Position numbers and translations under genes: made by a program. The notes beneath the pieces are model-generated. The model saw only the letters and a list, made by a program, of their open reading frames with translations. It made no database searches and was not told the DNA's origin. Below, piece by piece: positions 9,035-18,612 of a stretch of 64,000 nucleotides of DNA. The DNA is from an uncultured virus (IMG/VR IMGVR_UViG_3300035698_023471). Taxonomy: Duplodnaviria > Heunggongvirae > Uroviricota > Caudoviricetes. The stretch lies in IMG/VR virus record IMGVR_UViG_3300035698_023471. The stretch is one strand, 5' to 3'. How positions within the stretch are numbered: position 1 is the stretch's first letter; each line of letters begins with the position of its first letter.

Positions 9035-10148
9035 CCTTAGTCGAATCTCCTTTAACCATCTTGCCCTCCTCTAAAGTAGCTTTGGCCAAAGCTCCTAATG
9101 CAGTTGAGTTGAGAGGACTGTCTGCACTTCTGATCCCAGAAATGACCAATGGGAAATTTTCATCATCTTCTAAGATTTCAACAAATCTTTCTGACAAACC
9201 CTTTGGCATCGAAGTTCCACCCGACAAGACGATCTCCATCTCATTGTCAGTCTCCAATTTCGCCTTGTTCAAAGCCTTGGTGAATTCGAACAAGATGTAT
9301 TTGATTAAATTGCTATAGTAACTGTCAACGATGTCATACATCCTTCTGAAACGTTTCTTTTGATGCTTACTCTTGAAATTCATGGAAGTCAAATCGACAT
9401 CGGAATAATCATCAGAAGATTTGGCGAATGAAAAGTAACGTTCCTTGAATTGTGCGATTCGAGCAGGAGTCACGATCAAATTTCCATCTCCATCTCTTCC
9501 GAAACTTTCGGCAGATTGTTGATCGATCCAGTCTCCGCTTCTAGAAATCGAGAAGCTGAGGAGACGTTTTCCATCATGAGCATAACAGACATTCACCATT
9601 CCACCGCCCATTGAAATTCCAATGCCACTCATAGGATGTTCTTCACCATTTTCATCGATTGTCTTAGGATTTGTGGCGTAAATGACGGCCAGACCTTCAT
9701 TGATGTCGATGAAGGTATAACCCAGATCGGTGAAAGCCTTTTCCACGATGGCCCTATGATGAATTGGATTGATTTTCCCATCTGTGGTCTCTGCTGGAAT
9801 GCTCCCGCAGGCGATCTCACCTTTTTTAGAAGCCGGACCGACCAAGATTTCGATGAGCTTGCTCAAAAGGATGTTTGCATCTTCTTCATTCGGATTCAAG
9901 ACGCCATTTGCCATCGGTCTACGAATGTCGGCTTTGAGGGCTGTGAAACCCATGGCGGCATCACCTAGGATGTAATATTCGTCATCCAATTCAACGATTG
10001 TTGAATTTGTTGACGAACGCATCATGTCGATATCTTCGTCGTCAATTTTGAGAAAACAATTTCTCATACTTTTAATTGAAGTTCCTTTATCTGTTTTTCT
10101 AGCACAGACTAAAAAAGCGGTTCCGCAATCTATCCCAATCGCACCCAT
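9021..10148 (-). CDS. Actin-like ATPase (MreB/MamK/ParM superfamily)
   Basis: Phosphate-1 GIDCGT, IPA, connect-1 INEGLAV, phosphate-2 GISMGGG, SGDWID and adenosine motif VLSGGTS. Confidence 0.85.
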   Translation of the reverse strand: MGAIGIDCGTAFLVCARKTDKGTSIKSMRNCFLKIDDEDIDMMRSSTNSTIVELDDEYYILGDAAMGFTALKADIRRPMANGVLNPNEEDANILLSKLIEILVGPASKKGEIACGSIPAETTDGKINPIHHRAIVEKAFTDLGYTFIDINEGLAVIYATNPKTIDENGEEHPMSGIGISMGGGMVNVCYAHDGKRLLSFSISRSGDWIDQQSAESFGRDGDGNLIVTPARIAQFKERYFSFAKSSDDYSDVDLTSMNFKSKHQKKRFRRMYDIVDSYYSNLIKYILFEFTKALNKAKLETDNEMEIVLSGGTSMPKGLSERFVEILEDDENFPLVISGIRSADSPLNSTALGALAKATLEEGKMVKGDSTKDEEE

Positions 10149-10320
10149 ATCAATCTCCTATTTTATAATTCTATATAAAACTTCATTACTTATTATACGC
10201 TGATCTGAAGTACATTCATCATTAAAAGATCAAAATACTTTCGTATAATAAAATCGAAAAAATAACAAAAATAAAAAGTAGTTGTTTGAATTTTCAGAGA
10301 ATAACTAAAGGAGAGACAAA

Positions 10321-10503
10321 ATGGAAAACGAATTATTGAAACCAAAAGAAGCAGCAAAATTGCTCAATGTAACAACTCAATCATTAAGAAACTGGAGCAA
10401 TGAAGGAAGAATCAAAGTCATCAAAACCCCAGGTGGCCATAGTAGAATATTGAAAAGTGAAATTGACAAATTGCTAAAGGATATTGAAAATGAACAAATG
10501 TGA
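10321..10503 (+). CDS. Small MerR/excisionase-type HTH protein (resembles IS607 TnpA N-terminal domain)
   Basis: LLKPKEAAKLLNVTTQSLRNWSNEGRIKVIKTPGGHSRI; AAGGAG RBS. Confidence 0.85.
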   Translation: MENELLKPKEAAKLLNVTTQSLRNWSNEGRIKVIKTPGGHSRILKSEIDKLLKDIENEQM

Positions 10504-11299
10504 ATACGGATGTGAAGGTGAAGGTAAATTTCAGTATAAAAATGGCAAATGGTGTTGTTCGAATGATTTTAGCCGATGTCCCGCAAGAAGAAAAAGATCA
10601 AGAACACACAGGCATACCAAAGAAGTTTGTGAAATAATTAGAAAATCAAAGGTAAAATATAAATGTAATCATGACTATTTTGAAACAATAAACACAGAAG
10701 ATAAAGCATATTGGTTAGGATTCATCCTAGCTGATGGATATATTGGAGGAAGAACTGTAAATATTCTTCTTAAACAAGATGATAAAAATCATATACAAAA
10801 ATTTCTTGATTGTATAGAATCTGATAATCCAATAAAATATGGATCAGTTTTTGATAAAAGAACTAAAAAGACATACCATAGAGCAACTATAACAATAACT
10901 AGCGAAAAAATGGTGTCAGATTTAGCAAAATTTGGAATCACAATGGGAAAAACTGAAAACGCAAAGCCATGTGATGTTCCAGAAGAATTTGAAAAAGATT
11001 TCTGGAGAGGAGTTTTTGATGGAGATGGAAGTTTTTATTTTCATTATTGGCCCAACAAGAAAGAGCCAGAACACAAATATTTCAATATGAATTTAGTTGG
11101 AACAAAAGAAGTTTTAAAAGGATTTCAAAAATTTTGTCATAGCAACTCTCCTGCTAGATGCGGAATAAGTCCTATGGGTAGTATTTTTCAATTCCATTTA
11201 GGAAAAAGAGATACAGAAATCATTGGAAGTTTATTTTATGAAAATGCCACCGTTTACCTTGATAGAAAATATGAACTTTATAAAAAAAGGGAGGAATAA
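10490..11299 (+). CDS. LAGLIDADG homing endonuclease
   Basis: KAYWLGFILADG and FWRGVFDGDGS motifs, C-terminal YLDRKY and a Cys-rich N-terminus. ATG at 10490 preferred over TTG at 10484. Confidence 0.9.
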   Translation: MNKCEYGCEGEGKFQYKNGKWCCSNDFSRCPARRKRSRTHRHTKEVCEIIRKSKVKYKCNHDYFETINTEDKAYWLGFILADGYIGGRTVNILLKQDDKNHIQKFLDCIESDNPIKYGSVFDKRTKKTYHRATITITSEKMVSDLAKFGITMGKTENAKPCDVPEEFEKDFWRGVFDGDGSFYFHYWPNKKEPEHKYFNMNLVGTKEVLKGFQKFCHSNSPARCGISPMGSIFQFHLGKRDTEIIGSLFYENATVYLDRKYELYKKREE

Positions 11300-11311
11300 A
11301 TCCTCCCTTTT
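11285..11311. terminator. Bidirectional intrinsic terminator between convergent genes
   Basis: aaaagggagga-ataaa-tcctccctttt. Confidence 0.75.
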
Positions 11312-11353
11312 CAAGTTCACAAAAGTGAACGTAAGTTGCTGATTTTACTAGAC

Positions 11354-12019
11354 TTAAGCGTTATTGACTGAATAAATCGTTAATATTGATCGATTTCCCG
11401 AGCCGTCTACTTCGTAATTAACAAAGATTCCATTCAACGTCGTTCCATCGATATCTTGGATATAAGCTAGATCGTTTTGGAACAGTGTCTTGGGGTCTCC
11501 ACCTTGGGACACAGTGTAGCGTTTTTCTTCATACAATTTAGCCACATAATTCGTATCGGCAGGTGCGTTGGCAGTATCATAAATGATGAGGACACGTTGC
11601 TGTCCAGTCACATCAATTCTATAATGAACTGCTTTAATCGTGAAATCTGAATCGTCAGTGGTTTCATTGTTGTCGAACCACTCATTCATCTCAGTCATGA
11701 AGTTAGTAGCGGTGCTTGCGGTCGGAAGACCGTAAGTACCGAAGGCACTAAAAGCAAATGCCGTCTGAGCGTAAAGAGCTCTCGTGCTCTTGAATTCTTT
11801 ACAAAGACATGTTTGTGAACCGGTGGCATCATAAGCTACGGTGGCAGTGATATCTCCCTTCGCATGAGCGACATATGCACTCGATTTGTAGGTGATTCCT
11901 CCAGCATCTTCAAGAGCCTCGTACAAAGAGGTGATTCCTGATGGTGTACTTGTGTCATCAAGTTCATAAGGATTAGAACCTGAATAAGTTTTCGTGATTA
12001 CTTGATATGGTGAAGCCAT
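11354..12019 (-). CDS. Hypothetical protein, probably virion structural
   Basis: 221 aa, Thr/Ser/Tyr/Asp-rich, AGGAG RBS, with GAGTA-N18-GAATA upstream. Confidence 0.7.
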   Translation of the reverse strand: MASPYQVITKTYSGSNPYELDDTSTPSGITSLYEALEDAGGITYKSSAYVAHAKGDITATVAYDATGSQTCLCKEFKSTRALYAQTAFAFSAFGTYGLPTASTATNFMTEMNEWFDNNETTDDSDFTIKAVHYRIDVTGQQRVLIIYDTANAPADTNYVAKLYEEKRYTVSQGGDPKTLFQNDLAYIQDIDGTTLNGIFVNYEVDGSGNRSILTIYSVNNA

Positions 12020-12135
12020 TTTTTAACTCCTATTTTCTCAATCTTTTTGGGCGGTAATTCGCCCTTCATCTTATATATTCTTTACGCAGTAGTGAAAATA
12101 CTCTTTTTCAGCGTAAAATTTTAGGAGGAGATGAA

Positions 12136-13062
12136 ATGAAAAAAACCTTCAGATATAGGCTTCACCCCAACAAATCTCAAAGTAAGACATTAAATCAAAC
12201 CTTAGCAGAGTGCATGAATCTTTTCAATGCCACATTGGCATTGAAAAAAGATGCTTGGACGAATGACAAAGTGGAAATACCTTACTACAGAACTAATAAG
12301 TTTTTAACTCAATGGAAGAAAGACAGCCTCTTCTCTAAGAACATCCATTCAAAGGTCCTACAGAACGTTCAGGAAAGGGTGGACTCATCCTTCAAATCTT
12401 TCAAAAAACATCTCAAAGAGCACCCTGGGGTCATTCAACCGGCTTTCAAAGAAGGCTATCGGTCGATCTCTTACAATCAATCGGGATTTAAGATCGTGAA
12501 AGGCAAATTGAGATTGTCTAAGATAGGAGACGTCAAGATCAAGCTACATAGGAATCTAGAAGGTGAACAAAAAAGACTGCATGTGAAGAAAGAAGAGTCT
12601 GGAAAATGGTTTGCTTGTTTTGAGATGGAAATCAGGCCGAGAAAGAAAACGAAAAACAAGTTTTCAACCGGACTTTGTATGAATGATCACATTGAAGTTC
12701 CAGATTCATTACTATCAGTCCCTCCTTATAGGTGGACTTCATTAGATGAAGATTTCAAGAATTACGTTCTCAATGTTTATCATCAAATAACGAGAAGATT
12801 GGTGGACAGATATGGGAATATTTTTTACAGTCACGCCGGTGGAAGGCATGAGATTTTCGAGGGGATCTTACTAAACAAATGCGAGGAACATGGAGTCAAT
12901 TGTTTTCAAGCAGACATTGATGGCTCATTTTGCCCTAGATGTGGGGGGAAGAGAAGATCTTGGCAATGTGAATATTGTCATTTAAACATGAGAGATAGAA
13001 GAGGAACTGATGAATGGAGCAATGCTGTCTTGAGAGCGGGAATCAAAAAAATCTACAATTGA
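12136..13062 (+). CDS. TnpB-derived protein with degenerate RuvC (putative nuclease-dead, TldR-like)
   Basis: Typical TnpB N-terminus (TFRYRLHPN...LQNVQERVDSSFKSF...LRLSKIG.VKIKLHR...GKWFACF) and zinc finger CPRC...CEYC. RuvC-I reads STGLCMN and RuvC-II reads NIFYSH. Confidence 0.8.
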   Translation: MKKTFRYRLHPNKSQSKTLNQTLAECMNLFNATLALKKDAWTNDKVEIPYYRTNKFLTQWKKDSLFSKNIHSKVLQNVQERVDSSFKSFKKHLKEHPGVIQPAFKEGYRSISYNQSGFKIVKGKLRLSKIGDVKIKLHRNLEGEQKRLHVKKEESGKWFACFEMEIRPRKKTKNKFSTGLCMNDHIEVPDSLLSVPPYRWTSLDEDFKNYVLNVYHQITRRLVDRYGNIFYSHAGGRHEIFEGILLNKCEEHGVNCFQADIDGSFCPRCGGKRRSWQCEYCHLNMRDRRGTDEWSNAVLRAGIKKIYN

Positions 13063-13537
13063 CCAATTTGAAACTTCCACCATATATTCGCCATTCTTCT
13101 AAATCTCCACTGATTTTAATGAAGTTGTCTTTTTTCAATCGTTCTTCATGTAAGTCTCGACCCTTCGTGAAGACACATTCAATGACTAAGTTCCTCTTAT
13201 TTTTCAGTTTGACGAAGACCCTGACCGAATCGGTCGTTTCATAAACATCGACAATTCCACCTTTCAAAAGAATCGGATATCGTTGAAATTTTTCCAATAA
13301 TTTTTGATAATCTTTGTCAACAAATTCCCTGCTCTTGCCTTGATGGGTGAAACTGAAATATCGAATGTGTTCGAGGAGAATTCTGTAATGCAGACAATTT
13401 GAAATTAAAATATCTTCAGTGATCGGGATTGGTTCTTCGACAGGTTGATGAGTCGCTTTCCAGATAGTCCAAACAACGAATATGATAGCGAGACAAGGCC
13501 ATCCGCATTGTCTGAAATGTTGCATTCCTTTTTCCAA
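13043..13537 (-). CDS. Membrane-anchored hypothetical protein, possible OB-fold; start uncertain (13537 or 13525)
   Basis: N-terminal hydrophobic segment CLAIIFVVWTIW; C-terminal beta-rich region ending KLVNCRFF. Confidence 0.55.
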   Translation of the reverse strand: MEKGMQHFRQCGWPCLAIIFVVWTIWKATHQPVEEPIPITEDILISNCLHYRILLEHIRYFSFTHQGKSREFVDKDYQKLLEKFQRYPILLKGGIVDVYETTDSVRVFVKLKNKRNLVIECVFTKGRDLHEERLKKDNFIKISGDLEEWRIYGGSFKLVNCRFF

Positions 13538-13540
13538 TTC

Positions 13541-13640
13541 GGGGAGGGGGAAACCTCCCCCTCCCCTTTTGTGGTATCGTGACAGTTCTCCGAAGAGAAT
13601 TCGACTTGAGTCATGGATCGCTGTCCCGATCTCATCTCAC
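13541..13640 (-). ncRNA. Candidate structured small RNA or 5' leader
   Basis: Follows CGTATAAT (13653-13646). Outer stem 13576-13585/13621-13630, a UUCG-capped hairpin 13586-13599 and a G/C stem 13541-13566. Confidence 0.4.
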
Positions 13641-13681
13641 ATCACATTATACGGATTATTTCCTCTCATCTACTTCCAGCT

Positions 13682-14833
13682 TCAAACAGTCAGCTTACTG
13701 ACTTCTTGAAGCAAAGGAAACATTTCCATCTCGACTTCAAAATGTTCATTGAACTTGCGTGTCAATTCAGCCGAGTCACTATTGGCTCCATAATTCTCCA
13801 AGAGCCACTTCTTGTGTTCATCCGTCAATTCGGTCTTCTTCGTCACGAAATGAAGATCTTCAACGATTTGTTTCACTCCAATTCGAGTGAGAGAAAGATC
13901 GTACTTGTCTTTCAACCGAGTTGCGACATCATCGTAAGAATTGCATTGATTGACGAACCAGTTCTCGATGTCTGTCTTTTGATCCTCTGTCAAGTCGGCC
14001 ACATTGATCGTAGATTTTCGATTGCGTCTACGATTTTTCACATCTTTCAAGACTCCCCAAGTCGTCATCATGGGAGGGATCGAGGCGGCGGAATATGACG
14101 TTCCGAATTCCTTGTTGATGACTTCGGCGAATTTATTGACTTGCAATTCAGTATTCTCATACAGGTCCCGCAATCGGTCAAAGACTTTTTCACGAGTCTC
14201 TTTGTCGATCCTCGTCTTGCGTTGAGGGAATCGCTTCAGACCGTAAAGGAAGTAATTCACGAAACGGACATCGACGGAAAAATCGTCAGGGAAATCTACT
14301 TGGTGTTCTTGAATGTGCTTCGACATGATCTCACCAAGAGCACGAACGGAAACCCCTTCCTCGAATTTGCTTGTGATTTCCACAGAAGCGGTCGAATCCG
14401 CATCGTAGATGTCGGCAGACTTCTCCAGGTTGGTCTTCTTGGCTGAAAAACGACCTGAAGGATCGTGCCCGACAAAAAGATCTTCCCAACGAACTTCTGA
14501 GACATCCAGATGGGACGCGACATCTTTCAGAGTTGCATCCTTGTTTTCCTTCAAATGCACATGACCAGCCGCGAGTTGTTCGGTCGTGAGGAAGAATGTT
14601 TGAGTACGATTGAACTGTAGATTGAGTTTCTTGACGATTCTTCGCCACAGTTGATTCGCCATCTGTCCATCAGAATCGAACTCGAAATTGAACTTCTCGT
14701 TCCACTGATTGCAAATGTCCACAGGACTTCGATCTTCGCTGCAACTCGCAGCTTCTTTCAGAGTGTCGATCATGTGATCGACGTGGGGTTGTCTAACCCT
14801 AGTTAATTTGGACATGGTGAAATATTCCTCCAT
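13682..14833 (-). CDS. Hypothetical protein with probable multiple HTH-like segments
   Basis: 383-aa ORF with segments such as ATLKDVASHLDVS and SYDDVATRL. A sigma70-like TTGACA-N17-TTTAAT lies upstream (about 14875-14903). Confidence 0.65.
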   Translation of the reverse strand: MEEYFTMSKLTRVRQPHVDHMIDTLKEAASCSEDRSPVDICNQWNEKFNFEFDSDGQMANQLWRRIVKKLNLQFNRTQTFFLTTEQLAAGHVHLKENKDATLKDVASHLDVSEVRWEDLFVGHDPSGRFSAKKTNLEKSADIYDADSTASVEITSKFEEGVSVRALGEIMSKHIQEHQVDFPDDFSVDVRFVNYFLYGLKRFPQRKTRIDKETREKVFDRLRDLYENTELQVNKFAEVINKEFGTSYSAASIPPMMTTWGVLKDVKNRRRNRKSTINVADLTEDQKTDIENWFVNQCNSYDDVATRLKDKYDLSLTRIGVKQIVEDLHFVTKKTELTDEHKKWLLENYGANSDSAELTRKFNEHFEVEMEMFPLLQEVSKLTV

Positions 14834-14907
14834 TCATTTTTGATCGATAGAATCGATTCGTTGTTCATGACTTCATTAAACACCTAAAAGCCATCCCTGT
14901 CAACCCC

Positions 14908-16044
14908 TTAAACAAAAAACCTCAGATGAGTGTAGATTTTGTTGTTTTCATTCAACATGTCTCCGGAAAAATGATTCAAATTGATAGGATCATTGATCCT
15001 GAAGGAGGTATCGGCATCGGCGACAATTTGAGCACCGATTTTAGAAGATTGAACGAAAAGATTCCATAGGCTCTTCTTTTCTTTAACTAAAATGTCAGTC
15101 GGTTTGGGTTCGTCTGTGATTTCGTCATCAACATTAATTAGGTATTCACCGAACACGGTCGTCTTGTATTTTCTTGAAACACCCTTCATCCCTCGAAAAA
15201 GGAACCCGACTCTCTGAGAATTGATTTCCATTTCTTCCAATTTCTTCATTGGTTGAGCGAAATCTTCCTCCGAGTCAATGATCGTCAAAGTCGTACCGGA
15301 CAAGTAATCTTGTGCGGTTTTCAACAATACCGACCTAGGTACATCACTCGACTTGAAGTAACTCACGGGACATTGTTTGACAAAGACCATATTCTCGTCA
15401 TTGACTAAAAGGGCGACTGTCGCTTCTAGACTACCCTTCCCGGCAGATTGATCTGATTTGAAATTCAAACCAATCTTGTAAGAGTCGTTTCCATGATCGA
15501 AAATCAGGTCATGATCGATCATCGTCAAAGACGTGATGTCTCTGTTCCTCAAGGCGATGAAAAAGTCGAGATTATTGAAGAAGGGTGTTCCTTCGACGAT
15601 CTGCAGGAATTCACTATCGAAGAGAGGGGCATTGACGGCTCCGTTCTTGATCGGATAACAATGCAGGATGGACTTATAGTCATCATCATACCTGACGACC
15701 AGTTTTTCATCCAACGCCTTCATACAAGTGAGTCGATATTCGATATCGTCTAAGATATTCTTGTCATTCAGCACTGCGAAATTTTTAGTCGGGTATTTGA
15801 TGACTCGGCAGAATTCTTCCAAGCCTTTTTTGGAGAACTTCCAACTATCCCCTTCATGGTTTTTCAAATGAACTTCAAATTCGTCTTCCTCATCGGGATC
15901 GACCTTAGTAGTTGAGATATTGACCATTTCAACACTAATGTCCTTGCAGGACAATGTGTGATCTTCAGTGTTCTCCGAAAGAGTCGCCTTCAAGGTGTCC
16001 ATGTCGGCGATGATGCTTTCTGATGAATCTGGCAATACGATCAT
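14908..16044 (-). CDS. Hypothetical protein (recombination-module neighbour)
   Basis: 378-aa ORF with AAGGAG RBS, directly downstream of the SbcC-like gene. Confidence 0.7.
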   Translation of the reverse strand: MIVLPDSSESIIADMDTLKATLSENTEDHTLSCKDISVEMVNISTTKVDPDEEDEFEVHLKNHEGDSWKFSKKGLEEFCRVIKYPTKNFAVLNDKNILDDIEYRLTCMKALDEKLVVRYDDDYKSILHCYPIKNGAVNAPLFDSEFLQIVEGTPFFNNLDFFIALRNRDITSLTMIDHDLIFDHGNDSYKIGLNFKSDQSAGKGSLEATVALLVNDENMVFVKQCPVSYFKSSDVPRSVLLKTAQDYLSGTTLTIIDSEEDFAQPMKKLEEMEINSQRVGFLFRGMKGVSRKYKTTVFGEYLINVDDEITDEPKPTDILVKEKKSLWNLFVQSSKIGAQIVADADTSFRINDPINLNHFSGDMLNENNKIYTHLRFFV

Positions 16045-16056
16045 TTTGTTTCTCCT

Positions 16057-17871
16057 TTAACTTGTTGTTTCGTCTAGAATTTCTAGATTTTTATCTTCAA
16101 CGACTTTCGCTTTGATCAATTGGCATTTACTCGCTTCAACTTCGATCTCATCACTAATACTTTCAAAACGATCAACAAAGATTGGTAGTTGCTTGCCGAT
16201 CAACTCATTTATCATCTTACTGATCTCGATTGAACAACGCAAGCTTTCTGAATCAGATATCCTACGATAAGGAACCCCCTTCCAGAAGATGTCGAAGGTA
16301 TTTGTGTGAGATTTATTCTTGTTCTCTTTCGTCAAGACAATTTCCACATCATTGAAATAAGGTTTGATAGATTCAATTTGTGATTCAACCGTCTTTCTCA
16401 ACAGATAAGAGGGATGAAGTCCACCATAAATCTTCTCTAAATCAGCTATCATTTCACTTACTTTAACAACGTTTTCTTGCAATTCGTCGATTCTTTTCAG
16501 GTTATCTCTTTTTTTCTTCTCGACAGATTCAACCTCCTTATTATGAACCCTTGATTCCTGATTCGTTCTCACGATGAACTCATAGTCATCTTTGATTTTA
16601 GAGTTGTCAAAACCAAGAATCTTCTTTTCATCATCACTCGGTACGAATAATTGTTGTTGAAAAAAATCAATCTTCTCTTTCAAGGCCAATCTATGAGACC
16701 TTTTCTTGTCATTCAAACTTTCTTTGATCCCCAGTTCATGACATTTCCTTGAATGTGCTTTTTCACATAATCTATTATGACTCATCAACTCGTTTATTTC
16801 AAGCTGCAAAGCTCCATTAGACTGATCGATCTGTAAAAGTTTTTCACTGATGGCATTGTTGACTCGTTCCTTATGTTCTTTTGGGACTTCTTGATAACAC
16901 GTCGGGCATTTCCCTTTCTCATCAGCGATCTTTTGCGGAATGGCCGCAGGTGATTGGATTTGTTTTCTCAATTCATCAATCTTGACATTGTTTTCACTCA
17001 CCTTGGCCTCTTTCCGTTGAGTGACATCATTTATCTCTTCTGTCGAAACATAAGCCTCTTCATCGGGAGTGGCCGCTAATTCTTGGACCACCGAGGTCAT
17101 CTTGTTTTCCGAATCAGATGAAAATTCAATCTTCTTCAACAGGTTTGACTTCTGATTCATGAACTTTTCAGAAGCTCCGAATTTAGTTTTCAATGAATCT
17201 TCCTTCGCTTCATCGACGGGGAGCAATTCAGAGGTCAAAGAATTCAGATTTTCATTAGAAAGAATTTCTGATTCAGTTCTCATGGCGATCAACTTGTCCC
17301 CCAAATCATCGATTCTGCCTTTGACCTTCTTGCATTCATTCTTTTCATAAAGATCGCAATCATATTTCTCCAACAAGCCCAGATCCCCAGTTGCTTCGAT
17401 GAAAAAGTCTTCGTAGTCGATCTTAGGAGTGATCTTCTCGATGACCGCTCGTTTCTCATTGTTGTCTAAACATTCGGCGAAAAATCTTGAGTTAAAGACT
17501 GAGAGGAAAATGTCAGCTTCAGCAACTAGGGCATTGATCGTTTGTTGAGTGGAAGGATCGCCATTGACGAAGATGTTATACTTCGACCCCTTCTTGCATC
17601 GAGTCACTTCATAAGTCTTATAACTCTCACTTTCGATGAAACAAACTGTCGTTTTGACTTCTGAGTTCTTAGGACTGGAGATGTGTTGAATGTCATCTAT
17701 CCTAGATTCACCCGTCAAGGTCTTCCCGTAGAGAGTGAAAGAGACGACTTCTGCAATCGAAGTTTTTCCCTGACCGTTAGAACCTTGAATCATTGACTCT
17801 TGAAACAAGTCGAATTTGACAGGGTCTTTGAATCCCTTGAAATTTTCCATTTTAACCCATTGAATCTTCAT
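16057..17871 (-). CDS. SbcC/Rad50-like ATPase
   Basis: MENFKGF, Walker A GSNGQGKTS, coiled coil with zinc hook CPTC, signature-like ISDSE and Walker B IFVDRFES. Confidence 0.85.
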   Translation of the reverse strand: MKIQWVKMENFKGFKDPVKFDLFQESMIQGSNGQGKTSIAEVVSFTLYGKTLTGESRIDDIQHISSPKNSEVKTTVCFIESESYKTYEVTRCKKGSKYNIFVNGDPSTQQTINALVAEADIFLSVFNSRFFAECLDNNEKRAVIEKITPKIDYEDFFIEATGDLGLLEKYDCDLYEKNECKKVKGRIDDLGDKLIAMRTESEILSNENLNSLTSELLPVDEAKEDSLKTKFGASEKFMNQKSNLLKKIEFSSDSENKMTSVVQELAATPDEEAYVSTEEINDVTQRKEAKVSENNVKIDELRKQIQSPAAIPQKIADEKGKCPTCYQEVPKEHKERVNNAISEKLLQIDQSNGALQLEINELMSHNRLCEKAHSRKCHELGIKESLNDKKRSHRLALKEKIDFFQQQLFVPSDDEKKILGFDNSKIKDDYEFIVRTNQESRVHNKEVESVEKKKRDNLKRIDELQENVVKVSEMIADLEKIYGGLHPSYLLRKTVESQIESIKPYFNDVEIVLTKENKNKSHTNTFDIFWKGVPYRRISDSESLRCSIEISKMINELIGKQLPIFVDRFESISDEIEVEASKCQLIKAKVVEDKNLEILDETTS

Positions 17872-17979
17872 TCACTTTTGCTCCTGCGATGGAATCTGTA
17901 TTTGCCTCTAACAAGTATTATAGCCCATCTTCGCGTAAAATAAAAGGGGAGTAAGATATTTTCTGCGAGAAGGACCGAT

Positions 17980-18612
17980 ATGCCTAATTTTGTTTGGACG
18001 ATTAAAAATACGCTTAAAAATCCGTTGCACCTTAAAGACATTGGAGAACATGGACTCTTCTTAATGAAAGATGAAGTCGTTCATCTTCATGACCGATTTA
18101 AGTTGGATGTTCTTTTGCAATCGGACGCTTTGGCACATGCCCTCAAGAAGAATCTGATAGAAACAGTTCAGAAGGAGACCTTCGTTCAAGAACCAATTGA
18201 AATTGCCGGACAGAAGGAACTTTCAAGTTTAAGGGATGAAATCTCAGCACTTAAAAATGAGTTGAACAAGAAACAAGTGATTCTTCAAACAAATGAATCG
18301 TCTCTTAAAAAGGAAGACATTCTTGAGATTTTGAAGGAATTAAAAGGTGATGACGAAAAAACAAGAGCACTTTTGAAAGAAGCCGTCGAATCTTCAATTT
18401 CAGGATTACCTAGGATTTCAGGAGGTTCAAGTGAAGAAGGAGAAAAATTCGATGAATTGTCTCCAGAATCTGTTTCAACTAAATACCTAACTGGTAAAAA
18501 GAAACTCACTGAAGGAACGATCATCAATAGCGAGACCAAGATAAAAGAAACGATTGACAGTAATGACATAGGTGACACTTTAGACATTTTACAGAATTTG
18601 CAAGGAGATTAA
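17980..18612 (+). CDS. Hypothetical protein sharing a small domain with 44898..45596 and 45629..46882
   Basis: 210-aa ORF with CGTAAAAT upstream; SDALAHALKKNLIE resembles SQALSHHLAVRNLLE. Confidence 0.7.
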   Translation: MPNFVWTIKNTLKNPLHLKDIGEHGLFLMKDEVVHLHDRFKLDVLLQSDALAHALKKNLIETVQKETFVQEPIEIAGQKELSSLRDEISALKNELNKKQVILQTNESSLKKEDILEILKELKGDDEKTRALLKEAVESSISGLPRISGGSSEEGEKFDELSPESVSTKYLTGKKKLTEGTIINSETKIKETIDSNDIGDTLDILQNLQGD

